Shown: positions 27,809 through 43,874 of the stretch, piece by piece | Layout of the letters: every line of letters begins with the position of its first letter | How positions within the stretch are numbered: position 1 is the stretch's first letter | Origin: Eledone cirrhosa | Taxonomy: Eukaryota | Direction of reading: 5' to 3' | DNA: 64,000 nt | NCBI GenBank assembly: GCA_964016885.1 | Contig: OZ024740.1 | Coordinates: 362,762,001-362,826,000 of the forward strand | Notes under the pieces: generated by a model | Told to the model about the DNA's origin: nothing | Databases searched by the model: none | The model's input: only the letters and a program-made list of their open reading frames with translations | Program-made: the position numbers and the translations under genes

Positions 27809-28465
27809 ATATAAAAATTAACAAAGAAGCCTTAATACATTAAAAATCTTTAATTGCTGACAATGAATATGTATGGTACGTAGGATGTATTTATATATTT
27901 TTTAATGTCAATATATTATTTTCATTGATTTTAGTATTGTTTAATCACACCGTCTGGGTGATTATTCTATTATAATACTTATATTTATATATTTGTGTTA
28001 ATATATGTATGTGTAAATGTGTATATGCGTGTGTATATATATGTGTCGGAGTGCGTGTAGATATATATATATAACATTTTTATTTCTGTATTATGTATTG
28101 TATTGTATTATATATTATATTATAATTTTTATATCTTATTTCTCGCATTATATTACTATGTTGTATTTCAAGTATTAGACTTATATTGTACTTTTAACGT
28201 GGGCTTGTTTAATGTTTGCTTGCTCTCTTGCCCTATAGTCTTTATTTACAAATGCACCCCATTAGGTTTAACATGTCTTTCCATGACAATTTTCCTGAAT
28301 TTTCCTTAATATCCATTCACTATTCTTCTGAATTTTGGCTTGATCTAGCCGATGATATTTCTAGTCTTTTTCCTTGCTCTGATGAGTCCTAATTAATGGG
28401 ACGAAACATTGTCAGCAATTAAAGATTTTTAATGTATTAAGGCTTCTTTGTTAATTTTTATATAA
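27809..28465 (+). mobile_element. Solo pLTR-like element with an inverted ~55-bp tail copy at its 5' end
   Basis: 27811-27865 is the reverse complement of ~28407-28462; contains an HHR. Confidence 0.75.
28374..28418 (+). ncRNA. Type-I hammerhead ribozyme with canonical core
   Basis: TTGCT-CTGATGA-GTCC..GGAC-GAAA-CATTG-TC-AGCAA, followed by ATTAAA. Confidence 0.9.
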
Positions 28466-28476
28466 ATTTTTATATA

Positions 28477-28534
<58 letters not shown>

Positions 28535-28562
28535 AAATTTCGCTCTACATGGCTGAATACAT

Positions 28563-28811
28563 TAAATGTAATCTGAGTTTTTCGAATATTAATAATAACA
28601 TTCGATTCGTTTGCAATTTTGCAAACAAGCCTCAATTTTATAGCCATGTCATTAGAATGAACACTTAATTCTTGCCCTTGTGTTGGTTCGCGAACAAGAG
28701 CAAGAATGAAGTGTTCATTCTAATGACATGGCTATAAAATTGAGGCTTGTTTGCAAAATTGCAAACGAATCGAATGTTATTATTAATATTCGAAAAACTC
28801 AGATTACATTT
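28563..28811. repeat. Inverted repeat with ~118-bp arms and short spacer between (TA)n arrays
   Basis: AAATGTAATCTGAG...TTCTTGCCCTTGT versus ACAAGAGCAAGAA...CTCAGATTACATTT. Confidence 0.85.
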
Positions 28812-28833
28812 TATATATATATATATATATATA

Positions 28834-29228
28834 TTTGTTTAGCAAGATTCTTTATCTGAAATCGTGTGTTGAAACCGATATTGTTATACTTTGGGAGGGT
28901 CATGTTGCCAATAAGAAACACACGCACCAGTTGCTTTCACTTCAATTTATTATATATTTATAAATTTATAAATTTACAAATCTACAAACTTATAAATTTC
29001 TGGTTGGTTGGTTGGTTCCACAACCAGATAGTTGTTTATATATAGTCATAGTCCTTTCGTCACACACTCTGTGACCTCTTCAGTGACTGGGGATTCCTTT
29101 CTTTGTTTCTGTGCCTTTCCTTTCTTCTATCCTACGCCATTTTGTTTCTGTGTGTGTGTTGTGTGCTCAGTTTGCGCATGCGCCACATCCGGGTGTCTGT
29201 GTGTGTTTGTGTTCATTTATCTATTTGT

Positions 29229-29263
<35 letters not shown>

Positions 29264-31400
29264 TTGTTAGTTGGTTGTTTGTTCTATGTGTGTGTGTGTT
29301 TTCATTTTGTCCTTAATTGTAAGTTGTGATGTTACTGTTCCACTCATATTTTCTATTTAATTTTGGTTGTAATTCTTTTATGCTTACTGCCTCTTTAATT
29401 TGCCTAAACATTGCATCTTTTCTGTGTGTGGATTCTATTTTTATTTCTATGTTCTCTAATCTACCCCTGTGCTCTATCTTAGCATGTTGGTAGAGCACAG
29501 ATGATTCTTTATTATCTTGAAGGTCTCGCCAGTGTTCATTTATTCGTTCCCCTATACTACGAGCTGTCTCACCTATGTACACTATATTTTTGTTTCTACA
29601 TTGTCCTTCAGTACATCTTATGCTATACACTACATTTCTAGTTTTACAGTTAATATGGGGGCTTATTTTACAGGTTATACATTTCTTATCTATACATGAG
29701 GGTCTTTGGAACGGGTACGTCTTGCTAATAAGTGTTTTTACGGAGGTACCTGGTCTTTCTACTATCTTAATATTGAGTTTATGTTTATTTAGGGCCTTTC
29801 TAAATTTGTAGGCTAGTTCGCCTCTAGGGTTGTATTGATGAACATTACACTCTGGTATTTATTGCTATCATACCATGAGTTTATTCTATTGGCCTTGTTC
29901 CTAGTTCTTTCTATTCTATTCCAAAATTTGCTCCTATACAAGGGGCAGGTCCCATTTATGTCATTATTTACCATTTTTTCCCATTTGGTTCTGGCTCCTC
30001 TATACACTCTGATTCTATCTCTCTGATTGTAGCCAGAGAACTGCATACGGTGGATGAAGTGTTGAATGTGTCTCTCTAGTTCTTCGGGGTTGCACATGCG
30101 GGACACATTTCTCATCACCCGTACCAAATCCGCAATCAGTATGTTGATTTTGGTATGGTCCGAAATGGCCGAGTTTCGGTGGATCAGATGTTTGGAAGTC
30201 ATGGGTTTGGCATAATGGGAATGGAGGATTTGTTTTTGGTTGTTAATGGTATCTAACCAGAGCTCTGTGTCTAGTACAGGTAATCGATGGTTGGGGTGTC
30301 TACTTGGGTAGTCTATAGTAACTCTAATGCTCTGGTGGATGGAGTTTGCTATTTGCTGGATGCTTTCCATTGTGTTTTTCTCTAGTTCCTGACTGTTCTT
30401 TAGTGGGGGTGTCTTAACTACGATGTTTATATCATCTACGTAGCGGGAGTACATTATCAGGGTTAAGCTGTCTTCTAATTGTTCTTTAAGTTTTTGTTTA
30501 AGTCTACTGTCCCACCATACCATGAATAAGTTAGCTATGTCGCCTGCAATGCTAACACCAATGGCTGCTCCTTCCTCTTGGGCATATGTTTTACCATTAA
30601 ATTTGAACATATGTTCCTTAAGGGTTAATTTTATGCTGGCCCCTACCGCATGTGCAATCATTTTCTTCAGTTCATCGTGGTTTTCGGGTGTCCGTATGGC
30701 TCTGGTCCACCCGTTCCATCTATCTGTGTGGGTTTTCTTGGCCATTGAGGTAATGGTAGGTGGTCTGCCTCTTGCTGGTCTTGTAGGGCACAGGTTGCTA
30801 AGGTCATAAGTGTCTAGGTAACTATTACTATGGGTAAGCTTAAGTAGAAGTCCCAGCTCACTGGTATCAATCCCACGGAACTCATCCTTGCTCTCGCAGA
30901 TCATTTCTACGCATTTCTCCACAACAAAATCCACATCAATAGATGGATACAGGGACACAACATCCATACTGCCTATTATGCAGTTTGTTAGGTCCCCAGA
31001 TCGGTTACTCGCGCCGATTCTGCTGAGGAGGTCCTCCGTGCTGTCACATACATCTGGGGACGTCTCAATGATGGGGCGTATGATCAGGGAGAGGAAGTAG
31101 GACAGTCTGTAGTTACTAGCAATGTTAGCTCCACAGACTGGCCGTGTTGGTGGTCCCGCGACAGGGTCACAGCCCGTTTTATGGTCTTTTCGAAGCCCAT
31201 ACAACGCCGGCACGTCATTGTTCCAGGCCTGGAAGTTGTTGGCAGTCCTTTTGTTGGGCTGCATTATATTCGTCCACATCACCATATGGGCATTGAGGGC
31301 TTTTTCTCTATCCTCATGCTCCTGTGGTGTTACCTCTCTTGTGTTAGTGATGTGGGGTTGCATTGCCTGGATGTAGTTTGGCAGGCTGTCAACCGACATC
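28834..31400 (-). mobile_element. 5'-truncated PLE, second family (YVDD RT, Cys-rich linker; Neptune/Nematis-like, clade uncertain)
   Basis: ORF, 3'UTR, HHR and tail ending at (TA)n. Confidence 0.9.
29044..29088 (-). ncRNA. Minimal type-I hammerhead ribozyme
   Basis: AGTCA-CTGAAGA-GGTCACA..TGTGAC-GAAA-GGAC-TA-TGACT on the minus strand. Confidence 0.8.
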
Positions 31401-31402
31401 AT
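29313..31402 (-). pseudogene. PLE RT plus GIY-YIG, frameshifted at ~29828
   Basis: LRKDHK, SMDVVSLYPSI, GAAIG, YSRYVDD, LPVLD; VYSIRC..YIGETAR..RINEH..KEA..LN; GGG here versus GGGG in the paralog at 55380. Confidence 0.92.
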
Positions 31403-31498
31403 AAGAACCGTAGAGGCAAATATTTATTAAAATAACAGATTAAAGTTTAAGCAAAGAATCGCACCGATTCTTTGCTTAAACTTTAATCTGTTATTTTA

Positions 31499-31566
<68 letters not shown>

Positions 31567-31680
31567 TAAAATAACAGATTAAAGTTTAAGCAAAGAATCG
31601 CTGCGATTCTTTGCTTAAACTTTAATCTGTTATTTTAATAAATATTTGCCTCTACGGTTCTTATATATTTGATATATATT
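31401..31680. mobile_element. Repeat family C fragments forming nested hairpins around a (TA)n; family continues at 32234-32290
   Basis: TAAAATAACAGATTAAAGTTTAAGCAAAGAATCG in both orientations; other copies at 38713-38927, 46207-46618, 47160 and 47396. Confidence 0.8.
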
Positions 31681-32233
31681 TTTAGCAGTATTAGTTATAG
31701 ATGTTATCGCCACTTTAGCAGGGTGGTAGAATCAGTGGTCGTTAGTTGCCAGTGTGGTAAGTGATAGTATCCTCGTTGGATTATCTTGTTGACATAGACG
31801 TGAGGGAAGGTCCCTCGATCTATTTACCATCTATTTACAATATTCCTTTCGTCAGGTCGCCAATTTCAGCAGCATGGATTAAAGATGTCATTGAGACACG
31901 AGTAACACAACAACGACTTCAACCGCAGTAATTAGAGATGAAATGTTTGTTTATTTATATGGTTGAAGTTACAGATAAAAAGAGGTTACATTAGGGAATG
32001 TGCCATTGCGCCGTTAAGCCGGTGAGGCTAGTGGTGCAATATCTCACTGTTACATTATGCGTGTTGCTAGCTTGAAGTTTCCGGTACAAGAGCGAGATTC
32101 TTCAAATCTTCGCGGTGAATTTCTTCCTCAGGGCGCGTAGGGATACATCCTCTTCTACTGGCGCTGATTGGCTGAACTGAGCCAAATCACGCACAGAGAA
32201 TGTATGTGAGCCCGCGGAATGTAGGTCACTACA
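31681..32233 (-). mobile_element. Probable solo LTR (~553 bp)
   Basis: Interrupts family C sequence GATATATATT|TATCC with TATT duplicated; ends TTTAG...CTACA (decayed TG..CA); AATAAA and CCAAT on the minus strand. Confidence 0.6.
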
Positions 32234-32317
32234 TATTTATCCTTATCGAGCCCTCTTTGGATTTTAGTCTTCAAATTTATTATTATTACTATATATATAT
32301 ATATAGTAATAATAATA

Positions 32318-32397
<80 letters not shown>

Positions 32398-32477
32398 CGA
32401 AGGAGTTGTGATAAGGAACCAGATGAACCATAACGCACCAGACTACTCAATACTTAGGGTAGTAGAGTGGGTAATAG

Positions 32478-32588
32478 GAAAATGTATGACTCCGACGGCA
32501 GAGCTCAAACCGTTTCGACGGCTATTTCTGGACTCCAGAAATAGCCGTCGAAACAGCTTGAGCTCTGCCGTCGGAGTCATATATTTTC
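32478..32588. repeat. Near-perfect ~55-bp-arm hairpin in a small TA-flanked element (32396-32592)
   Basis: ATGACTCCGACGGCAGAGCTCAA..TTTCTGGA versus TCCAGAAA..TTGAGCTCTGCCGTCGGAGTCAT. Confidence 0.85.
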
Positions 32589-32594
32589 TTATAT

Positions 32595-32641
<47 letters not shown>

Positions 32642-32871
32642 TCATATTTTAATAAGTTTCAATCATATTTTATTATTTGTTTGACCAGAATAGCTTGGTC
32701 GTTTCTATGGCTTTGCGGTTAATGGTTTAACAATCGTCTCAGTGTGTTTGGCCTTTTAACGTATGTTGTTGCTCTAGTTCACTCGTTTCTATGGAGCGCT
32801 TGTCACACATCTCGGAAGTTGTTTTTCGCTAATTTCCAATAGTCGAAATGCGATTCTCGCTAATTTATATT

Positions 32872-32945
<74 letters not shown>

Positions 32946-33003
32946 TTGTCAGCTCAAAAGTGACACATTTGTATATATATATATATATATATATATTATA
33001 TTT

Positions 33004-33402
<399 letters not shown>

Positions 33403-33628
33403 TACAGATATATGTCTATTCACAAGTATACTGTCGATTAACCATGTGTTCGTTTGAATGTATAACTTTGCAGGTTTCTGTCTCCTTGTCTGCTCTGAGA
33501 CGGTCTCAACACCGGGAGTATGGATGTCACTCACAGAACAGCTAGGAAAATTAATTAGACTAAGAAAAGCAAATGCTACGTTTATATATAAAGATGTCTT
33601 TTTACATTCGACATACCACACTGTCATA

Positions 33629-33683
<55 letters not shown>

Positions 33684-33883
33684 CATATTTATATACATAT
33701 CCATATTTATATACATATACAAATTGTGTTTGCTTCTGTATATATCCTTATTATCATATATGCACAGAGATATATTAGACAATATCCCCCCTTCTCCGCT
33801 ACACACATAACAATAGCCATCTATTTTATAGATAAACATCGCGGAATACAAAATGGTTTTTGAAAATTAATATTTCCTCTTTG

Positions 33884-33931
<48 letters not shown>

Positions 33932-33932
33932 C

Positions 33933-33993
<61 letters not shown>

Positions 33994-34237
33994 TATATAT
34001 ATACACACACATATATATATATACATATACATAAATACATATATATATATATATATATACATATACACACATATATATATATACATATACATAAATACAT
34101 ATATATATATATATTATATATATATATATATATATACATATATACATATATAAATACATAAATACATACATGCATAAATATATATATAATATATATATAT
34201 ATATACATATATATATACATATATATATACATATATA

Positions 34238-34285
<48 letters not shown>

Positions 34286-34449
34286 TATATATATATACAT
34301 ATACATAAATACATATATATATATATATATATATACATATACACACATATATATATATACATATACATAAATACATATATATATATATATTATATATATA
34401 TATATATATACATATATACATACATAAATACATAAATACATACATGCAT

Positions 34450-34483
<34 letters not shown>

Positions 34484-34569
34484 CATATATATATACATAT
34501 ATACATATACATATATACATATGAGAGCTACATGGAACAATATTACTTGTATTGTATATCGAATAGTTT

Positions 34570-34600
<31 letters not shown>

Positions 34601-34681
34601 CACACACACATATATATGTGTGTGTGCGTGCATATATACATATATACATACAAATATGTATATGCACGCACGCACACATAA

Positions 34682-34726
<45 letters not shown>

Positions 34727-34995
34727 CTTCAATATACAATACAAGTAATATTGTTCCATATAGCTCTAACAATCCAAGAATGTATTTATTAATCCAGATT
34801 TCCTCAGTACTCTTCATCTGCCCTGTATGACTACTAATTAAGTCACTGGAGGACAAAATGGTGACAGACTGTCTCTCAAGACTATTTTGAGGTGGGGATA
34901 GGCTGATGAGAGATTGATAATTGACACGAACAGATTATAACAAATAACTACTATATTTTCTTTCACGTATATATATTATTATATATATATTATTA

Positions 34996-35027
<32 letters not shown>

Positions 35028-35032
<5 letters not shown>

Positions 35033-35362
35033 AAAAAGAGATGAAATCGAAAATGCAACTGGAGTCTTATTTTTTTAAGAAATATATATATTTATTTGGT
35101 TCCTTTACCGGTTTCGCAGTTCTTCTGCTTTTCAAAAGGTGAGTTGAGATGGAGGGTCTGTGAGAAAAAGCACAGACCCTCCATCTCAACTCACCTTTTG
35201 AAAAGCAGAAGAACTGCGGAACCGGTAAAGGAACCAAATATATATATATATTTCTTAAAAAAATAAGACTCCAGTTGCATTTTCGATTTCATCTCTTTTT
35301 CTTTATACTTTCACTCGTGTAGGACACCCCGGTTATTTTTCATTTTGTAAAAAAACCCTCAC

Positions 35363-35369
<7 letters not shown>
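35028..35369. mobile_element. Repeat family D, inverted pLTR-like pair with variant HHRs (35102-35139 minus, 35194-35231 plus)
   Basis: Arms are reverse complementary; matches 46635-47061 and 47540-47785. Confidence 0.85.
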
Positions 35370-35409
<40 letters not shown>

Positions 35410-35432
35410 GATTATATATATATGTATGTATG

Positions 35433-35700
35433 TCAGGGCATTATTCTAGGAGAAGGCAACTCAAGAAACTGGGATAACTCCGATATAAAACCTGCGGCTC
35501 AGTAGTTACCGATGATGTTGATCTTTTCTTCTTTTGGGGTTATAGCTACTGTCTCTCAGAGAGTGGGATTGGCTCAGTGTACAGTCTTTCCTCACTTTAA
35601 AAAAATTCTTCATGCACAGGCATTGCACGATAGAATTAATTGATAATTATTAATAATGGTATGTCGTGATTTGGCCATACTCGATATCGAGGGGACAGCC

Positions 35701-35703
<3 letters not shown>
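35433..35703 (+). mobile_element. Interspersed repeat, copy 2 of 680-928
   Basis: Direct similarity. Confidence 0.7.
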
Positions 35704-35754
<51 letters not shown>

Positions 35755-35850
35755 ATCTATATAATATATATATATATTCATATAATATATATATATATTT
35801 ATTTATACATATAGTTATATTATATATATGTATCTGTATGTGCGTGTCTG

Positions 35851-35909
<59 letters not shown>

Positions 35910-36190
35910 CTCACATACTATATCTACATTCCTCATTCCTTACATTAAACTGTAACTATGTTGACAATCTTTTAATAATGTCTTCCTTGTGAAATTTGTG
36001 GTCTTGTTTTGTTTAACTAATGAATATTTCCAGCTCTGTGCACCTAATCTCTGCATGAACCCAGCCATCTAGCTGCCTTCCACTGCATATTGCACATTGA
36101 GCACATGCCTTTTGGCTTCTAACAAATTCACCAATCTCTCTTCTCCTCTCCTATCTCCATCTCTCTCTTTAAGGTTGGTTTACTCTTGAA

Positions 36191-38014
<1,824 letters not shown>

Positions 38015-38045
38015 ATATATATATATTTCACGCTTGGAGAAAGTG

Positions 38046-38088
<43 letters not shown>

Positions 38089-38128
38089 CCACAGTTATAT
38101 ATATAACTCGTGTGTTATACCTCTATTC

Positions 38129-38178
<50 letters not shown>

Positions 38179-38656
38179 CCTTTTCCAGCAAGCGTGAAAC
38201 TAATAAGACTCTGTATTAATGTATCTTCGATTTCGTCTTGTCTATCTTGAACTGAATATATATATATAATACGCATACATATATGAAAAAAAGAATATAA
38301 CTATATATATACATATATAAATACATAATCGGAGAAAGCTAATAGCGATAATCCGGCCAAATCCCAACTCACTCAACAAACATTAGGAAATACCTGAGTA
38401 TATTCCTAATTAAACGTTCGAGGTGCTAACTAATTGTATTGTGTGGAAAATTGGCTGTATCATTTCATGTGAGATATATCAAATATATCCCTCCCCAGGC
38501 TTTTGCCAGTTTCATTATAAGATTTCTACAAGTTGGGTGAAATCATAGCAATGTATGTAGAAGCTTGTATAAGATCAATAGATACTTATTCAAGTGGGCT
38601 CTTATAATTCTTAAGTGGGTGCCCAATAATATTAATATTGATAACCAAATCAACAT

Positions 38657-38718
<62 letters not shown>

Positions 38719-38923
38719 TAAAATAACAGATTAAAGTTTAAGCAAAGAATCGCTGCTTAAAGGTTAGTTTCAGAAGATCCCGTTAAGGGTGAAAGCAGCG
38801 ATTCTTTGCTTAAACTTTAATCTGTTATTTTAATAGATATTTGCTCTACGGTTCTTATATATTTGATATATATTTATCCTTATCGAGCCCTCTTTGGATT
38901 TTAGTCTTCAAATTTATTATTAT

Positions 38924-38963
<40 letters not shown>

Positions 38964-38986
38964 TCTTTTTTTCATTTATGTATGCG

Positions 38987-39032
<46 letters not shown>

Positions 39033-39037
<5 letters not shown>

Positions 39038-39700
39038 GTTCAAGATAGACAAGACGAAATCGAAGATACATTAATACAGAGTCTTCTTAGTTTCACGCTT
39101 GCTGGAAAAGGAAAAAGAATGTTTCAACGTATCGGACGTTACTCCTTCATCTGGCAAAAGTAAATTTCGGAGAAAGACGAAGCTGAAGGTTGGGGGAAAA
39201 AACATTTTATCACGATTGGAGAGGAGGGCAAGCAAGTTGTCCAGTGTGAGAAGGTGGGGGTCGATGTGGCGAGTCTGGTTCTTTCGTTAATACGATTATG
39301 TATGCGGCGATGATGTGTATTTTGTCAGTGTACATGTCGCTGATGTTATTTATCTACTGTGCGTATGCGTGTTTTTTTTATTGTCAATGGAAGTGTGTGT
39401 TTATATGCGTGTGTGTGTGAGTGTCTTCGTGGCTGTTATTAGTGTAAACACACACACACGCACACACATATATATATATATGTGTGTGTGTGTTGTGTGT
39501 GGTGTGTGTATGTGTGTGTGTGTGTTTGTGTGCGTGTGTGTGTGTGTGTATGCACATGTATGTACACGTGTATGTGCACGTGTATGTGTGAGAGAGAGAG
39601 AGAGTGTCTGTATTGTTATATTTGAGGATGATCATACTTCCAATTTTGCTAATAATAATACACGCCCTATTTCAGTTTCACTTCAGCTTTATTACTATTA
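39033..39700 (-). mobile_element. Decayed PLE 3' end with degenerate HHR (CAGATGA..GATA, ~39122-39156); inverted tail copy at 38176-38257
   Basis: Tail similarity 39035-39115 versus 38176-38257; (CA)n-rich 3'UTR; weak EN C-terminal remnant near 39615-39700. Confidence 0.5.
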
Positions 39701-40030
39701 TTATTAGTTATTGGTTATTTCCTCAAAGCCTTTTCAACCCACATAGTGTTATTTCCTCTTCGTTCTTCTACGTATTTCCTCTTCTAGGTGAAAGATGGAG
39801 TAAACAGAAAAAGAACAAATAGTCATTGAGGCGGTCACCAAATTTGTGACGAAAGAGCTTTCACAAAATAATCTTTGAACAAAAGTGTTTTGACCAGTAA
39901 ATTAAAACAATAAAGCTGAAGTGAAAGTCTATTAGTGCTTGTATTGCTTTTTGCAAAATTGGCAACATGGCCATCCCCAAATATTAAAATATCTGCTTCA
40001 ACATACGATTCCCCATCAAGAATCTTGTAA

Positions 40031-40117
<87 letters not shown>

Positions 40118-41094
40118 TAAAAGGAAAGCACAACCGGGGGACAATCCCTTCTTCAGTTGTGTGCTGGAGATCACGGACATTTCAATGCATTAAAGATAAT
40201 ATGTCTAACTCCAGTGCGTCAATAACCTGTGAAAGTTATTGGGGAAGGAAAAAAGGAGAGAGAAAAAAAATTATACAGAAGAGAAAAAAAATGCAGAGAA
40301 CATTCCGAAAAAGAGTGGGGGCACACGCGGAGAAGCACATGTATGTAAGTAACCGGGAGAGAGAGAGAGAAGTTAAACCAGCGGCTGAACATATGTCCGA
40401 GGCTTATTGAAAGCGAGATAGGGAGAGCGAAGAAAAACAAGTTTAACCTCAGTGGGAATAGGCGAAAACAGGCAGGGACAAGAAAAAACAGAAGTAGTAG
40501 GAGAGTAGAAAGAAAAAGAGTATAACTTAGAGGGAAAGGGAGAGAGAGAGAGTGGGAGAGAGAGAGAAAGAGAGAGAAATAAAGAAGGGGAAAGAGTTAA
40601 TAACAACAAAGTAAATGGAGAGAAAGAAAGAACAAGTCACAGCAAAAAATTAATAAAAATTTAGAAGAAACAAGAAACATGCCTTAACGAAGAGTAGAGC
40701 TCTACCCACACCACGAAAAAAAGTATAATGTTAAAAAAGGTTCAAAGTTAAAAGATGTCCTTCGACTGGGTTTGTTTTTCTTCCCACTGGTTGTTAAAAA
40801 ATTACCTTCCTCGCCAAGCAAGTTTGGTGAGGTTGCCGGTTTTGTTGATGGAAGTTGGGACGTGTTACGGTTTATTTATACATTGGTTCATAGATATTTT
40901 CTCTGATTAATTGTGACTAAAACACATTTCGATTTTTAAAATTCGTCATCAAAGTCAACAGAAAACCTCTGCTCATCGATTCTGGGTCGACTTTTACAAC
41001 ATAAATTTTAGACACGTGTGACCTTCTATGAGGTTATTGATGTCGATAAAGCAGCTTCTACTGTTATGGCTGCTGTTACTGAGGTTGAATTTAC

Positions 41095-41253
<159 letters not shown>

Positions 41254-41449
41254 AAGCAGATTTTAAGGTTTATTCAGCTGCAAGTTCAAATTCCACCAAA
41301 AGTCAGATATAGGAATATTATTGGAATATGTGCTGCGAATAGCCATAATATTAGTACAGATGAAAATATATTACTCAGAATAGCGGTACATATATTATCT
41401 ATTTTGTGTACGGATTAATGAATGAAAGAAAGTCCAATGTATTTAGTAC

Positions 41450-42560
41450 TGGAAGAACATATAATACACATACTAAAGTATATGTTTATTCAAGAGGAAC
41501 ACTCTGTGATGATCTCTGACATAGCCAACTGACACGTAATGTTGTTTATCTTGGTTCTATTTCTTTATTATTTAGTGTTCTCGTAAAAAAAAATGAGAGG
41601 CAATCAATATCTGTAACTTGCTACGCACAAACGTTTCCACCCCACTGGTATATTACATCTAAAAGATTATATTTTTACTCTTAACGGCTGTCAGAAATGT
41701 GAAATTGTTACATTAGCTTAGCTACTAATAGGCCATTTTAAAAGCACCGTCACGGAGTCTCTGTCTGACGGTCTCACAAGTAGACAAGTTCATTTCAATA
41801 ATTATTGTTAACTTCAAAGAATGCTACGCTACATACGTTAGTTTAGTCATCGTTTACTTTTCTTTTGATTTCATCCTGCTCTCAGAAGTTTGAGTATTAT
41901 ACACTGGTATACTTTATATTCTATATGTGTAATATATGACAACGGCTATTCCATAGGAATCTTGGATTCTCTTGTCTTGCCCATCATAGGCATTATGGCG
42001 GCAATATTTAGTTAAATCTAGAGAGAAGCCAATGCTCGGAATCGAGCTAGTGTCTACGGTGACTTTATACTCATAGAGCAACCTATGTTTAGATACATAT
42101 AAATTTGTATACTTTATCTTAATGCATTTCATTCAAAATGTTGCTGAAGCTAAAAATGTCATTGTATGATTATATACAACAATTTGCGTTCGGATATAAA
42201 TACACCCGTGTAATTTATTTTGGATGTCACCGTCACTTTGAGAAAGCAACACCATATATCAGTCCGGGACATATCAATGAATCGAAACAACAGGAATAAT
42301 TTTTATTTCTTTAAAAAAAATCCTTAAAAATTTAAAACATTACTCTACAGACAGATTTGTTTCAAATATGAAACTCTCCATTGTTTGGAGGAAAACATCA
42401 TCGGTAGAAAGTACTTCCCTTTTCATATATTTGTCAACTTGCCCGAGGAAAGGCTAGTTTTAAAGTGCCACCTTCAACATACAGTGGAGGCCATAAATGT
42501 TAAGTTACGATTCCATCTGTTTACATATTCTTCTATTGAATAGGTATTTGGTATATATAC
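41450..42560 (+). pseudogene. Possible highly decayed PLE RT remnant
   Basis: Scattered motif-like translations (LKDY near 41660; LDVTVTL near 42220). Confidence 0.3.
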
Positions 42561-42734
42561 AATATACCGTGTTTATCTTACGATATATGACCCTTTCTCT
42601 CTATATATAAACATATATCTTTTAATTTGGTTATTATGGCTCTAGATAAAGTCTATCGAGCTTACTTGAAACACAAAAGTCTAAACATATCTGTTATGTT
42701 TTGATTTATCATTTGTGTGTGAGTGTGTGAGTAT

Positions 42735-43222
42735 ATATATATATATAAAACTGAGGATGTGTGTGTGTGTGTGTGTGTGTGTTTGTGAGTTTGAAAGCCT
42801 AAAACACGAAGTACCCAACCGATTTTTTTAAAACCTTACATACATGTGTATTATTTATGTTTCAGGGAGTGTAAATTCAACTTTTTGATCCCCTAGGTGA
42901 AAACTGCGTTTTTTCAGCTTTTTAGTGTTTGAGGCGTTACGTCAGATGATTTCCTTGAAATTGTAACTATGTATTAGTCAGTCTCTTCTTCATACCGTGA
43001 GCAAAGAAAATCCAACTTTTTATGGCCTAGAGCCCGCATTAGGTGAAAACCTGCATTTTTCCTTCTTCATCGAGGAAAATCTTAAATATTATCCAGCCAT
43101 CAGAGTATTCGGTTTATTTTCTTTACGTATTGTCCAGGCATGCAGTTTTTCCACGATTAGGTCTGTTGGCGGCCCGCGTCCCAAAATACCTTATACCGTG
43201 CAACGCCGGGTACCACTTGTAG
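42735..43222 (+). mobile_element. Non-autonomous Helitron
   Basis: 5' TATATATATAAAACTGAGG plus (GT)n; 3' CCGTGCAACGCCGGG hairpin-like motif then GTAG|T. Confidence 0.65.
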
Positions 43223-43254
<32 letters not shown>

Positions 43255-43874
43255 TATATAGTGGTAGAACACTGGAAGGTAATATCCGTAGTGGTAGAGA
43301 ACTCAGTCTATGGGACGAGTTAGGTAGAAGTGGTTACACAACAGTTAGTTCACCATACCGAGAACAATTGTTTCACCTTAGCGGATGCTCAGCTCGTAAT
43401 GGACATGGTTAAACGGAACAGGAAGGACAACCGTACGAACGCGCATGGACAGAAACGATCACTTCACACAGGCAATACTAAATTGCGTGCGAAAGTACGA
43501 AAGTTTCTAGTTGATAAGAAAATTAGGATGTTGTTGTAATTCAATCCGGAGCTTTGTAGTTATGTAAGAGGTGTTTCCAGACGTGTGGACAACGTGTGAA
43601 GAATCCATTTCTCGTGCTTAGGCAATCACTATTGCGTAATCTCTTTAGAATATTTATAACTCGCCCCATGTACTGAGTTCTCTACCACTACGGATATTAC
43701 CTTCCAGTGTTCTACCACTATATACGTCTCCAGCAACGGTCAGCAAATTCTCTTCACTACGTAGAAGTTTGGCTTTTAGCAGATTCTTCACCACGTGCGA
43801 GTTTGGCTTCCTACCCTGTGAGCGCTCTCTATATCCTCGTGTCCTACACAATTTTGTGTCTCATCAACGTCAGT

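Noticed and set aside
38771-38805. HHR-like CAGAAGA-TCCCGTTAAGGGT-GAAA in family C
   Set aside because: U4 replaced, no UH triplet or stem I found; possible relic only
40129-40161. CACAA-CTGAAGA-hairpin-TTGTG on the minus strand
   Set aside because: GAAA and helix III missing; at best a deleted HHR
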